Source of the DNA: Octopus vulgaris
Lineage: Eukaryota
DNA length: 64,000 bases
Direction of reading: 5' to 3'
NCBI GenBank assembly: GCA_951406725.2
Contig: OX597836.1
Coordinates: 13,578,001-13,642,000 of the forward strand
The position numbers and the translations under genes are program-made. The notes below the pieces were generated by a model. That model made no database searches, was not told the origin of the DNA, and saw only the letters and a list, made by a program, of their open reading frames with translations. Positions within the stretch are counted from its first letter, which is position 1; every line of letters begins with the position of its first letter. This document shows positions 43,014 through 58,056 of the stretch, piece after piece.

Positions 43014-43648
43014 TTTTCCTTTTTCTGTGTCTGTCTCTCTACTTTCTCTCTCTTTTCCTCCCTCTCTCTGTTTCTTTGTTTGTCTGTCTCTTTTCTTCTC
43101 TCTTTCTCCCTCTCTCTTTTCCTCTTTCTATCTGTCTGTCTGTCTCTCTACTTTCTCTCTCTTTTCCTCCCTCTCTCTGTTTCTTTGTTTGTCTGTCTCT
43201 TTTCTTCTCTCTTTCTCCCTCTCTCTTTTCCTCTTTCTATCTGTCTGTCTGTCTCTCTACTTTCTCTCTCTTTTCCTCTCTCTCTCGCTCGCTCTCTCGC
43301 TCTCTCTCTCTTTCTCTCTCTGTGTTCCTCTGTCTGTTTCTCCCCCTCTCCCTCTCTCTCTCTCTCTACTCTATCTCATTTTTCCCCTCTCTTTCCCCCT
43401 CCCTCTCTTTCCCTCTAAACATGCCCACCCTGCCTTTCGTCCCAACAGCCTATTCCTTCCCCGCGTCTTCCGCCGTTTGGCTTTCCAAGGCCACGTTAGG
43501 TTGCGCCACCACCACCACCACCATCACCACCATCACCGCTGCTGCTACTGCTGCTCATGATGGTAATGGTCATGATGAAGACGACGACGAAGACGACGAG
43601 GTCGACGACGAGGTCGACGATGATGACGAAGATGGCGATGACGGTGAC

Positions 43649-43701
<53 letters not shown>

Positions 43702-43730
43702 CGACGATGATGATGACGACGACGACGACT

Positions 43731-43761
<31 letters not shown>

Positions 43762-44144
43762 CGATGACGATGATGATGATTTTGATAGTGGTGGTTGTGA
43801 TGATGATAATGATGACGACGATGACGACGACTGATGATGATGATGAGGAGGAGGAGGATGATGATTTTGATAGTGGTGGTTGATGATGATGATGATGACG
43901 ATGATGATGACGACGACGACGACGACTATGATGATGATGATGAGGAGGAGGAGGAGGAGGAGGAGGAGGAAGAGGATAATAAATGACGATGATGATGATG
44001 ATGATGATGATGATGACGATGACGATGATGATGATTTTGATAGTGGTGGTTGTGATGATGATAATGATGACGATGATGATGACGACGACGACGACTATGA
44101 TGATGATGATGAGGAGGAGGAGGAGGAAGAAGATAATAAATAGC

Positions 44145-44179
<35 letters not shown>

Positions 44180-44345
44180 CGATGATGATGATGATGATGA
44201 TGATGATGGTGGTGATGATGGTGATGAAGTAGTGGTGATACTGCTACTGTTTTTAGTGTTTATTCCTCCGTCCACCACCATCAGCTCTGGCAACAAATAC
44301 CACACCACCACCACCACCACCACCACTACCACCACCACCTTCACA
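42400..44345. repeat. Compound low-complexity block: (CAC)n, CT-rich minisatellite (42930-43415) and (GAT/GAC/GAG)n with three copies of GATTTTGATAGTGGTGGTTG
   Basis: Visible directly. Confidence 0.9.
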
Positions 44346-44539
44346 TCGTCATCACTAACAGCGCTGTCGCCGACGACCTCGCCGCAACCATTGCTGACTG
44401 GGCCAACGAACGAAAAAGACTCTAATGTAGTCGTACCAATTTGCTAGAAATAGAAGTCAAATAATTGTCTAATCTTTAAAAACGAAATGCCGTATGGGGA
44501 TACCGTAGTTTTTAGATATATCATCTTTTATCTCCGATC

Positions 44540-45571
44540 TTTTCACTCGTTTCAGTCACTGGACTGCGGCCATGCTGGGGCACCACCTTGAAGCGCTTAG
44601 TCGAACAAATCGACAACAGTACTAGTCTAGTTTTTATCCCATCGGTCTCTTTCGTTTGAGCTTTAAACAAACCTACACCGGTTGTAAAGCGAGGAGACGA
44701 AGGTGCACAAAACACGCACACAATAATGCACGCGCGCAAATATATATGTATATATATGTGTGTGTATGTGTGTGTATATATAAAAATGTGTGTGTGTGTG
44801 TGTGTTTATTCCCCCAACATCGCTTGACAACCGATAGTGGTGTGTTTACGTCCCCGTAACTAGCGGTTCGGCAAAAAATACCGATAGAATAAGTACTATG
44901 CTTCCAAAGAATAAGTCCTGGGGTCGATTTGCTCGACTTAAAGGCGGCGGGGCTCCAGCATGGCCGTAGTCAAATGACTGAAACAAGTAAAAGGGTAAAA
45001 GAGTAAAGAATAGGATAATCGTGTTTGGGATTTTACAGAAAGAAAAAATCGTGTGGCGAAAAGGAAAAAATTTAAGGAGGTGAAAAAAGGAAACTTGTTT
45101 AAATATTTCAAATTACAATGAAAAGGGAATGGGTGAGTGAAGTTATCGCTCGACAGTGTAAGGACAATAACTCGGAAGTGTAAAAACGAAACAATTGAAA
45201 TCTTCAGTGAAAGAAGGCTGGAATGTTAAGCTAAAGATGGTGCCGATACTTCTGATTAAGCAGAAAAATAGTCGAAGGGAAATTTTACAGATATGGTTCA
45301 CTAGAATCACGGAAGGGAGCTCCACCCTGCAACATGGCTTCGGTTCAGTGACTGAAAACCAACGAAAGTATTAAAGAATTAAAAAATAAATAAAATAAAA
45401 TAAAATCCTCGCTCCAAAATGTCGTGCGCCGATCTTTGAAGTTCTTATAAAAACAATAATTTAATTAATTTATTAAATGGTATTTAATTAAAACCTTATT
45501 TGATGAATTTATAAACTCCACTTAATTAAAACAATATTTAAGAATTTATATTATCATTATTGTTATTATTA

Positions 45572-45611
<40 letters not shown>

Positions 45612-45765
45612 GATTATGAAGTAGGAGTGGCTGTGTGGTAAGTAGGTTGCTTACCAGCCACATGGTTCCGGGTTCAGTCCCACTACGTGGCAACTTGGGC
45701 AAGTGTCTTCTACAATAGCTTCGGGCGACCAAAGCCTTGTGGGTGGATTTGGTAGAAACCCGTCG

Positions 45766-45806
<41 letters not shown>

Positions 45807-46382
45807 ATCCAACACACACTGTAAAAGGAACGCTGTATAAGGAAAACCCTGGAGGACAGGATGGGTTGGAGCGTTGTCGCCCGAGCAATGCAAACAGGGG
45901 CAGACTGAGCTGTCGGTCAATCGAGCAATGCTCGAGGGCCCGGAGCTCTGAAGGGCCCGCACTCTACATACTCTTTTACTCTTTTACTTGTTTCAGTCAT
46001 TTGACTGCGGCCATGCTGGAGCACCGCCTTTAATCGAGCAACTCGACCCCGGGACTTATTCTTTTGTAAGCCCAGTACTTATTCTATCGGTCTCTTTTGC
46101 CGAACCGCTAAGTGACGGGGACATAAACACACCACCATCGGTTGTCAAGCAATGTTGGGGGGACAAACACAGACACACAAACACACACATGCATATAAAT
46201 ATATATATATACATATATACGACGGGCTTCTTTCAGTTTCCATCTACCGAATCCACTCATAAGGCATTGGTCGGCCCGAGGCTATAGTAGAAGACACTTG
46301 CCCAAGGTGCCATGCAGCGGGACTGAACCCAGAACCATGCGGTTGGTAAACAAGCTACTTACCACACAGCCACTCCCGCGCC
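44540..46382. mobile_element. Cluster of SINE family A pieces (44540-44700 -, 44800-45010 +, 45619-45770 +, 45968-46382 - full length)
   Basis: Family A consensus. Confidence 0.85.
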
Positions 46383-46870
46383 ATGTTAACTCTACTTTGA
46401 TATCAATGCTAAGGGCCCGATAAACAGTTATGCACCTAGCCCTTAATACTCTCAGTCTGCCCCTGAGTGCAAATGTGTCATCCACCACCATTAGTTGGTG
46501 GATGCAGCGACACTGTTAAAATACATGACCCTGTGTCTGACCTGACCTGACCTCCTCACCATCATCATTAACCCCTGGACATTACCATCTAGCAGACATA
46601 GGGCCGGTTACCAAGTTTCTATGACGTATAATTGACCGAGATCACAACATTTTCCTTGAAGGAGTCGCCTGTCCATCGCAGGGTTAACTCCCTATCTTTG
46701 GCCGGAACTCATTCACAGCCGAGTGAACTGGAGCAATGTAAAATGAAATGTTCCGTTTTCAAGAACACAACGCTACTCCTCCCGCTCTGCGAATCGAAAC
46801 CACGATCCTACGTACGACACCCTAACCACTGAGCCACGCGTCTTCTGGAGTTGATACAATAATCAAACCA

Positions 46871-47101
46871 GGCGGCGAGCTGGCAGAATCGTTAGCACGC
46901 CGGGCGAAATGCTCAGCGGTATTTCGTCTGCCGTTACGTTCTGAGTTCAAATTCCACCGAGGTCGACTTTGCCTTTCATCCTTTCGGGGTCGATAAATTA
47001 AGTACCAGTTACGCACTGGGGTCGATATAATCGACTTAATCCGTTTGTCTGTCCGTGTTTGTCCCCTCTATGTTTAGCCCCTTGTGGGTAGTAAAGAAAT
47101 A
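46871..47101 (+). mobile_element. SINE family B, full length, with an 18-bp TSD
   Basis: TSD GATACAATAATCAAACCA (46853-46870) / GACACAATAATTAAACCA (47102-47119). Confidence 0.93.
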
Positions 47102-47675
47102 GACACAATAATTAAACCACTCAAGTACTAAAGCTCTTATAAGCAACAGTTATTTCTGACCTCCAAATTTCAAGGACGCGTTACTGTACTGAAAACTATG
47201 GTTTAAATAGAAAATGCATGATCTACACAATTTCGAAGCAGTTTTACGATAAAACATGGAAAATATTTACAACGGAAGTAAATTATCGAACGGAAATCAT
47301 TAACTAAAGTGAGTGGGGATATCCTAATACCGTAACGTCCAATTTTATTTTAAACCGGATGTAAATAATTACGAAAATAACACTTTTCTGTTTAGTTGTT
47401 CGTTTGTTTGTGAAAAATACAAAATGTTCCGTTTCAGCAATTTTCTCTTGTTTCGTTTCGTTTCATTTTATATTAGATGATTTTTCTCTCTCCCTATCTC
47501 TCTCCCTCTTTCTCTGTGTATGTGTGTTTGAAAGGAGAGAAAGAGAGAGAGAAAGAGGGAGAGATTTTAAGAATTTCATAAATGAGCAAAAAAGTATAAA
47601 ACGTATATTCTACTCGTTTGGCAAGAATAATAATGACCTATCTATAGATACATATATACGAACATACATGCATAC

Positions 47676-47793
<118 letters not shown>

Positions 47794-47991
47794 CTTTTGA
47801 TATATATTTAAAATAATATAAATTAATTGATTTTATGTATTGGCTTATGTTTTTCATTGTTTGATTTGCCTAATAGTGGTTTTATCTCTAATTTAATATA
47901 ATATAATATAATATATTTATACTATAAAATTGGATTTAATCCTAAATCTGATTTTTCCCTGTAAGTTTGGATTTATTCCCTAATATTTTAT

Positions 47992-48023
<32 letters not shown>

Positions 48024-48404
48024 CATATATATACATATATGCATGCATATATATGTGCATATATTTGGGTATGTATGAATATATTATATATATATATACA
48101 TACATACATATTGTGTGTGTGTGAGTGTGTGTGTAAATACAAGTGAATGAACAAACGAAAGTAGCACTCAGCACAGTTGGCTATTGTAACATATATTTTT
48201 AAATAATAGTTTGACTGAGCTCCACACGACATGAAGTTTCGTAAGAGCGTAGGACACGCTCATATCTTGGCGTCTGATGATATTGACTTGTTCTACACAT
48301 CCACGAAATTTTAAGTCAAGTAAAGCTGAGTCAAATTGTTATATATACACATACATATACATACATACATACATACATACATACATACATACATACATAC
48401 ATAC

Positions 48405-48485
<81 letters not shown>

Positions 48486-48705
48486 AAATAAGCAAAAAAT
48501 ATATATATCAATGGATTGCTCTGCATTTTACATTGATGTAATGAATGCATTGTTCAATTAAATGGAGTTGCATGAAACGATCGTACTGCATTACCTCTGG
48601 ATATCCTTGTTGCTTATTTTGATTTTAATCATCTTACTTTGAAATTGTATGGATAATACCGTAATAAATTCTGGTGCCTCAACTTAAGCACCATTATTCA
48701 TCTGA

Positions 48706-48794
<89 letters not shown>

Positions 48795-48801
48795 CTATCT
48801 A

Positions 48802-48848
<47 letters not shown>

Positions 48849-49126
48849 ACAATATAATAAATAAATAAAATATATGCATATATACATACATATATGTACA
48901 TACTTACATCTACATGTATATATACAAGCATATATATATGTACAGGACACCACAAATAAACGTAGAACACGAGAAACGAAAACAAAATCAAACAAGGAAA
49001 CGGACTTTTTTTAACAACGAAAAAACAGAGTACAGGACAAACAATACAAGGAAAATTCCCCTTCATCAGCTGTCCTTGATTCGGCTCAATGCGTAGTTTC
49101 AATTTTCTTTATGAAACAAATTTCTA

Positions 49127-49158
<32 letters not shown>

Positions 49159-49760
49159 GGAGGGAACAGCTTTTCCTTCAATCCGTGTTCGGTGTTTCTT
49201 TATAGTTTTCTATATTGAAATGAGAACACTTCTGGGTTGATTATCGTATCAAATCCATCTCGGTCACGCAATCTAAATAAAATTATAGCGTTAGCATGTA
49301 GTTGTTGCGTTTATGTAGTAGAAGGCAAGAGATCATGGGAGTATAGTTGCAAGTGATAAAAATCATCATCGCCGGATTTTAAACTCTCAAAGAACCAACC
49401 ACTGGTTACTTCCATTGTTGATAACATAAACATCCACTCATTGTGTATGGATTCCACAACAAAATAATAAATCAGAAGATTAAATATTTAGGCTTTCTTT
49501 ACAAGCAAAATACAAACAAAAACGTCAGAAACACGGGATTATCACATGGGAAATATTCTATGAATATAAGCAGAAGTTTAAATTTTTAAATATTTGTATC
49601 CGGTGAGGATTTTTATCAGTTAAAACATCGTTTCCATTAACCCTTCCCACTTACTTAATAAACGAGCGATAAGGCAACATGAACAACTTTTAATAAAAGA
49701 AAAAAAAAAGTATTGAAGTTAGAACTGAAGCAGTCTCGTTAATATATGTGTGCGCATGCG

Positions 49761-49792
<32 letters not shown>

Positions 49793-50041
49793 GTGTGTGT
49801 GTGTGTGGTACGAATAGCAAAATGCAAACTATTGTATTTATAAACAGTCAGCAATAAGGCTAAAATGTCACAATATATATACGCATATACACGCATATAC
49901 ACACATATACGCACACACCCAAAACACATACTCATATATACGGATGTTAGAAAACGTATATATGTATGTATTGGTGTATATGTACATATGTATATGTATA
50001 TGTATATATGTGTATGCATGTATATGTCTGTTTGTATACGC

Positions 50042-50204
<163 letters not shown>

Positions 50205-50491
50205 GTTTATATACGAACGATTAGCAGTAGGTATACATTTACTGACAGTGCAAATTTAAAATTACTTAAGTGTGCAATGTGTATGCACATAAGGCTCTAT
50301 TTATAAACATTTATTAATGTACATACACACATATATATACATACATAGATATATACATACATGCATGGACATATACGTATATTCATACACACACACTATG
50401 TACATACAGCCATATATGTGTTTATAAACTAACGAATAGCAGTGAGTACATATTTCCTGACTGCGCAAATTTAAAATTACTTAAGTGTGCA

Positions 50492-50522
<31 letters not shown>

Positions 50523-50719
50523 CGTATACATGTGTGTGTGTAAGTGTTTGTGTGCGTGTGTGTGTAAGTGTTTGTGTGCGTGTGTGTGTAAGTGTGTGTG
50601 TGTGTGTGTGTATGAATGTATATATGTATATACGCATTCGTGAATAAATATGCCTATATATGTGGATATGTATATATATATATATATACATATATTCATA
50701 CATACACATACTTGTACAT

Positions 50720-50757
<38 letters not shown>

Positions 50758-50884
50758 ATATATACGCGTCTATATATAACTATATATATATATAAAAACA
50801 CATACACATATATATATAAATGTTTGTATATATGTATGTATATACATATATATATATAGATATATATATATATATATGTATGTA

Positions 50885-50921
<37 letters not shown>

Positions 50922-50928
50922 GATTGTA

Positions 50929-50968
<40 letters not shown>

Positions 50969-50975
50969 GTTTGTA

Positions 50976-51056
<81 letters not shown>

Positions 51057-51129
51057 CTATTTGTGTGTGTGTGTATATATATATACATACATTCATACAT
51101 ACATAAATATTTTCCGGACAAAAATAAGG

Positions 51130-52650
51130 AGTTTGCGGCACATTACGAGGTCAAGGTACTTGATTCCACGCAAAAAATCCCCGTTTTTTCTCTTTTCTTT
51201 AGTGAAAATCGTGCGAGTGTACTTACCAAAATTCACCTTACATTTTTGTCCCAAATCTTCCGACGTAGCACACTTAAGGTGGAGGAACCACACAGTGTGG
51301 AAAGTAGAGAAAAATTCCAATGCGTCTGCTCCAAGGGTAGCAGAATCCCGAGGAAAAACTTCTCCACAAACCAAAATTATGATACAAAAACTACTCTAAA
51401 GCTACTCTGAAAAACAAATGGTAGCACAAGTTTATGGTATCACTGATGCCCATCAGGCGCTCGATTTCTTTGGTTTCATCCTTCGACAGTTCGTCTTTCG
51501 AGACACGGGTTGTTTTCTGTGTTAGCATTTTGCCTTGCATTTTGCCTTCTTAATAGTAGTCCTCAGCCATTTTTTTTTTTTTATCTTATGGGCCACTGTG
51601 ATTCCTATTTTATTCGAATGGACCTACATAGCCATTCAATTTTTTAGAAATCCTTTTTTACTCTTTCACTTGTTTCAGTCATTTGACTGCGGTCATGCTG
51701 GAGTACCGCCTTTAGTCGAGCAAATCGACCCCAGGACTTATTCTTTGTAAGCCTAGTACTTATTCTATCGGTCTCTTTTGCCCTTGTGGGCAATAAAGAA
51801 ATAAGTTCTGCTCCAGTTATAGTTTTTTGCTTGTATGAAGCATATATTTACGATCTCAAGACATTTACGTTCACATGTTTGGACCTCATATGTTGCCAAG
51901 AGGTCATGTGCAGATCTTGTGCTAAAAAAGTATGTTAGTAAAGTAAAGGTGAAGTGACCTTCTGGGGTCATACCGACTCATAAGGGCCGGTTAGCTGGTT
52001 TCCATGGCACATATATTCCCCACCTGAATGGGACGCCGGTCCGTTGCAGGATTATTCATTTTTGCCAGCTGAGTGGATTGGAGCAACGTGAACTGAAGTA
52101 TCTTGCTCAAGAACACAACTCATCGCCCGGTCGAGGAATCGAAACTACAATCTTACGTTCATAAGTCCAACACCCTAGCCACAAAGCCACTCGCCTCCAC
52201 ACAAGGTATGTTCGGTACACTTCGGTACTATCCTTCGGAATGCTGGAAAATATAGGATCCCATTGCGTATAGAACATTTCTTTCACGTTGTCGTCCACAT
52301 CAAAGGTCTGAGCGAATGCATTGATGACAATTGCATTCTGGAGTCTTGATACGAGAAACACGCGGGATCATGAAGCATTCATTGACACCGACAAGGATCT
52401 CGGATATCCATGGAAAACGAGAGATCTTTATGACAAATCCAACACCTTGAATTTATTATTTCCTTGGAAGAAGTCTTTCCAAAAGAAGGTGTTGATTATT
52501 TTTGGTTCTTCTCCTGACCTTCTCCTGATCTTCTGGTTCCCCTCAGTTCGACGATGTCGAGTTCAAATTGCTTGAGTTTCTAAACAATCAGCGTTTTTGT
52601 TTTCGTTGATCTTTTTGAATATTCGTATCCACCAAACTCTGGCAAGTTCC
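51130..52650 (-). mobile_element. Old RTE-type LINE relic (APE region), interrupted by SINE A/B/C pieces
   Basis: INTFFWKD, VINAFAQTFDVDDNVKEMFY..WD.IFSSIPKD and LEIVNICFIQ fragments. Confidence 0.6.
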
Positions 52651-53258
52651 TGGTCCCGAATTTCATGCTTGTGTTTTGGACTGACAGCCATTGAGATCTT
52701 TGCTTGTATACCTGTGTGGTTGTGTGCTTCTGCGTTGAAGCATATTCTTTTCAATAGACACAAGCTCTTGAGATCGATCCTTCTTTTTGTGGTTTGTAGC
52801 AATAAGTTCTGAAAATGTAAATCCTTCACCTCCATACAAATCTGTCACAATACTGAGGCACACAGGACTGTTACCTGGTATCCCATAAGTCTAGGAACCT
52901 AAGGCAAATCTGGGTATGCTGTGGCTATATAAAGAGAGGTTCCAGGGATATTGTTTACCAGAGAACCTAAAATGCTGTTAAGACGGCCATGCTCCCACGT
53001 AAAAGAGGATAAGCTTTTGAAAATTAGCATCCCTAAGAACATTATTGCACATTTCTTTTAGATTTAAGTGACCTGATCCCTGTAGAATTTAGTGTTAATG
53101 AAAGCCAATGTAGAAGGAGTTGGCGTGGATCTTTAAATACGGTTGGACACTCCGACGGTTACAAAACGAGTGTTCCAGTCGATCCAAACAACGGAACAGC
53201 CTGCTCATGAAATTAACATGCAAGTGGCAGAGTATTCCACAGACGAGTGTCCCTTTAA

Positions 53259-53501
53259 CCTTTTAGCACTTAAACTGGCCACATCCGGTCCAACAATTCA
53301 AACTAGCCAAATCTGGTTTCAACACCTACCCTACAATGTCATTCTAAAAATAAACAACCACATTATCAAAATCTCAATGCTACAAGATAATGCGTAATTA
53401 ATTTAAATTAATTAATTTAAATTAAATTAATGCGTAATTAATTTTTTAAAATGTGAATGAATAAGTCTTACATGTGACAGAAAAGTCAAAATATTAAAGG
53501 G
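53259..53501. mobile_element. piggyBac-type MITE (243 bp) nested in SINE family C
   Basis: TTAA|CCTTTTAGCACT...AATATTAAAGGG|TTAG; the host SINE resumes on both sides. Confidence 0.7.
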
Positions 53502-53932
53502 TTAGCGTAGTTCTCAGGGAGATTCGGTTTCACACACCAAATGTGACAGCACTGGCTCTTTGAATTATAGGTACTTCTCATTTTTGCCAGCTGAGTGAGC
53601 CGGTGCAATGTGAACTAAAGCATCTTGCTCAAGGACTCAACACGCCGCCGGGAATCGAACTCATGACCTCACGGTCGTGGGCCGAACGCACTGACCACTA
53701 AACCACGCGTCTTCACTTCTTTACCTACAACGCGTGTGTAAATACATACACTCTTGCATACTTGCAGAGACACAGCCAAATAAACACACTGCACCTGGCA
53801 TGTACTCACAGGCTATAAAGCAATCAGACTAATATACTCGCAAGCACTCAAATAAAAAGTGATTCATGCAACTAGATACATCCACATACATACTTAGTCA
53901 CATACCGCATATATATATATATTGGCACTTCA

Positions 53933-54328
53933 TCTTTATATATAAAAGTCAAGTTGTGTGTCTGTCTCCTACGATTTAGATTCCTAACTACTCCCACATT
54001 TTGCAGTGCAGTTTAACCAAAACCGGGTATCTTATAGTCGTGATTCATATCGAGCCCTTCTGGGTATTAGCGCGCGTCTACGATGAGTCTACGATTTAAA
54101 AAAAAATTTACCATAATTTTTTTCCATTTTAATGCATTTTTTCGCTATTATATAAGGGAAGTAACTCTCTAAAAATGTCTGCGATGCGTCAACGATTTAA
54201 AAAAAATTTACCATCATTTTTTTCCATTTTTAATTCATTTTTTTGCTATTTTTTGGCTATAACTCTCTAAAAATTCTTATATAGTTATTTCCCTTACAAA
54301 CCCGAGCAACGCCGGGCGATACTGCTAG
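53933..54328 (+). mobile_element. Non-autonomous Helitron (copy 2)
   Basis: A|TCTTTATATATAAAAG 5' end, CCCGAGCAACGCCGGG hairpin and CTAG|T 3' end. The last ~120 bp are shared with copy 1, and there is an internal ~100-bp tandem duplication. Confidence 0.88.
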
Positions 54329-55253
54329 TTTTCTCATAAAAAAATGTTTTTAACAATTCCAAGGCGTCTCCAAAAGAAAAATAGCCACCAGACTGATTGA
54401 CATAGAGTCGCTCAAGAAAACTCTCCGACATTTGAGCCACAGACATGCCGGCTTCTCTCTCTTCTTTTCTCTCTCTACAACAGTGGCCTTCGTTTGTCTG
54501 AACTGGCTGATATCCTCAACCTTAAACAAGCTCTACCATCTCACTTCTATACCGTCCTCTTGTCCTCCTGTTCTCTCGCTCTCTACTCGCCTTCAGGTCC
54601 CACTCTAACTCCTTCACTCCTTTCGTCACAGAACGTTGATCCTTCTGGTATTCCATTCTTGCCCGTGCGTTTTAAAATTTTTTCGTCCTGCATCCATCAA
54701 CCTACAATCACTAAAGACAATTATTAATCGTGTTACAGCCACCTGGTCTCAGAGAACCTGTGGAGGGCATGGCAAATCGGCCCAAATCAATATTTTAAAG
54801 CAAAAAAAAATGGCGTCATAAGTCCCTTACATAATAGCGTTGTTTCATAAACTGCCCTCTTTTATCATCGTCATTAGCTGTGTTAGGTCACATTTGGCCG
54901 ATATGAGACAAGCCAAGGAAGTGGTCTTTGCATGGATGCTCTACATGCTTGTTTACGTGTGCATGTGAACGTATATATATATATATGAGTGTGCGTGTAT
55001 GTCCGTATGAGTCCGTGTGTGCGTGCGTGTGTGCGTATGTATTTGTGTATGTGTGCGTGTGTGTGTATGTGCGTGCGTGTGTGTATGCGTGTGTACATTT
55101 GTGTGTGAGCATGTGTGTTTGTGTGTGTGTACAAATATATTTACACATATATGGATTCATGTTTGTATATAGATATACATGCATATATATTTGTATACAC
55201 ACATACACACACATGAGCACACATGCACACAGGCACGCGCGCACATACGCACA

Positions 55254-55319
<66 letters not shown>

Positions 55320-55941
55320 ACACATGGCCAGCAGGTTTGGGAGAAGGGCCTGAGTCGATTAAATCGGCCCCAGTGTTCAATTGGTAACTATTTTATCGAC
55401 CTCAAAAAGGCGAAAAGAAAAGTCGATCTCAGCAGAATTTTAACTCGGAACGTAACAGACGGAATTTCGCTTTTATTTATATAGATATTGTATGTTTCCT
55501 TATTATAACTTGCTAGCATTTTCAATAATATTTTTCGCTATGTTCTGTATTTGCAGGTGTGTTCCGTATGGAGCCATAAACATTTTGGTCAGTATGATGT
55601 TATCTTTATTATTTTTTGGGGGGGTCTTTCAGAATAATAGTGTTGGGGTTCTTGCTTGTTTGTGCTGTGTGGGGGGTCGCCAGCATGTCAAAGAATAGTC
55701 CCGACGTTTCCTTCTGCATGTCGTAAAAGGTGATTAAAAGAGGCCGAGGTGGGATTTTGCACTCCGACCTCGTAAAAAAAAAAATCCTTACTAGCAACCA
55801 CTATCTAGACAGACCCATGGGAGAAGGGTTGTCCCCGGTTTGACGCAAAGGAATCATCAATCAGTTGCAGGAGTAGGGAAATCCCCAACAAATAGTGGAT
55901 GCAGCGACGCGCATGCCCTATATTACTACTACTACTACTAT

Positions 55942-55973
<32 letters not shown>

Positions 55974-56184
55974 GCTTGTTGATGTTGATATTGTTTAGAC
56001 ATGATGGCGGAAGTGGTGATGCTAATGGGGACGCTGCTAGTAGCAGTAGTAGTAGTAGTAGTAGTAGTAATAGGAGGAGGAGGAGGAGGAGGAGATGGTG
56101 GTGGAGCAACAGCAGTTGTGGTGGGGGGATATGATGTTGTTGCTGTTGTGGTTGCTGATGTTGTTGTTGTTGTTCTTGTTGTAG

Positions 56185-56216
<32 letters not shown>

Positions 56217-57075
56217 CGTCGTCGTCGTCATCGTCGTCGTTGTGGTGTCCATAGTAGGAGGTTTGTTCAGAAAATAAAAGTCAATCGTTGATCAGTATGT
56301 GGAATGTTGTTTAGTTACATGTCCACCTGTGACCATCCCGCCATTTTTTCCCATACAGTGTACCCAGAACTAATGATCGAATGTGTCCCCCTCTTTTCTT
56401 AAAACAACCACATACGATCACACACACACACATACATTTACTCTAAAAAACATTACACAACATCACTTTTGGAGGGTCATTAAAAACAAAATCGTAGATA
56501 CATCGTCAAAAGAGACGAAAAGAAGGGAAAAAAAGGACAAAACGAAAAATAGGCGAAAAAGTGAAAACAGAAAAATAAAAAAACAAGAACAAGAAACTCA
56601 AAACTAAAAACAAAATCAAACGAACGACAAACGATATAATTAAAAGAAATCAAATGACAAACAAAAAAAGTGGAAAAAAAATAAAGATAATAATTAAAAG
56701 CAAACGACAAAAATAGTCAAAGAAACAACGAAAAACGAAAACTATAAAGTAAAAAAATAAGAAACGAAAAACGAAACGGAGCTAAAACGTTAAAATTAGC
56801 GGAAAGTACTTAAAAGAAAATATTTATAGAAGCAAATCAAAAGTATGAGCAGTCGAAATAATTGTGCTTCTTACGGTGCAGGTTTATTTACTTAAAAAGT
56901 TATTTAAATACTTACTTTAAAAGAATAGCCAAACGTTTTTCTCATCATTTACTTCTTCTGGTCGTAATGCAAATATTCCAACAACAACAACAACAACAAC
57001 GGCAACGACAACAACAGAAACAACAACAACAACGACAACAACGACCACGACAACGAGGGCAACAACAACAACAAC

Positions 57076-57111
<36 letters not shown>

Positions 57112-57134
57112 TGATGATGATGATGATGATGATG

Positions 57135-57172
<38 letters not shown>

Positions 57173-57179
57173 GATGATG

Positions 57180-57214
<35 letters not shown>

Positions 57215-57267
57215 TAATAATAATGATAATAATTATGATGATGATGATGATAATGATGATGATGATG

Positions 57268-57323
<56 letters not shown>

Positions 57324-57329
57324 GGCTGA

Positions 57330-57637
57330 GGGCTGATTGCTACCTAACTCAGATACCAGGAAACCCCAAAATGGCAGAAATTCAAAAGATAGTGCTCATG
57401 GGAACTGCTCATATCCTACGCAAAATACTCTCTATGTAATCTCAAGGTTTAAAACAAACTTTTTAAAAAAAATTTTATTTATTAGACATTCACTAGTACA
57501 ACACCAAAAAAAAAAAACCCCAAATATATGGCACACTAGGCATAACAACAACGTGAACTTCCAACCTGTTGTCTCTTGAGGTCTCTGGGTGAGACTTGGA
57601 GCCAACTTGTACAAACATAAAGCAAAAGTCAAACATA

Positions 57638-57640
<3 letters not shown>
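57330..57640 (+). mobile_element. R4/Dong LINE 3' end embedded in (AAT)n
   Basis: YLTQIPGNPKMAEIQKIVLMGTAHILRKILSM*, then a 3' UTR and (AAT)n. Confidence 0.85.
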
Positions 57641-57713
<73 letters not shown>

Positions 57714-57884
57714 TAAATAATTAAATGTAGAAATAAATATGTAAATGAAAATAATCGACATTGTAATAATTCAGAATTTGTAGGTGCAGTGTGCAACGTA
57801 AAGTCGCCATGTTGAAATATTAACAATGTTAAGATGGCGTATATGTGTATACATATACATACATACACATATGTGTGTATGTAC

Positions 57885-57937
<53 letters not shown>

Positions 57938-58018
57938 GGAGTAAATACATAAATGTGAAACAAGGTGGAAAAAAGAGTACTCAAATACCAGTGGTATAGT
58001 AATATGCTTTATTTAAAA

Positions 58019-58056
58019 CTGTCCGACGAACGGCAACGCGAAACTCAGAGTAACAG
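58019..58056 (+). ncRNA. Type-I hammerhead ribozyme motif in a second (TA)n-embedded element (57935-58093)
   Basis: CTGT-CCGACGA-ACG gcaa CGC-GAAA-CTC a GAG-TA/ACAG. GNRA-capped stem II, GUA cleavage triplet, and AATAAA about 30 nt downstream. Confidence 0.65.

Noticed and set aside
42300-44447. Pro/Thr-rich and Asp-rich ORFs suggesting a mucin-like or acidic protein
   Set aside because: Built from CAC, CT and GAT repeats with stops between blocks and no coherent frame.
45895-45960. GC-rich double hairpin starting CAGGGGCAGACTG, possible DNA-transposon end or structured RNA
   Set aside because: A single short occurrence with no partner TIR or TSD; insufficient support.
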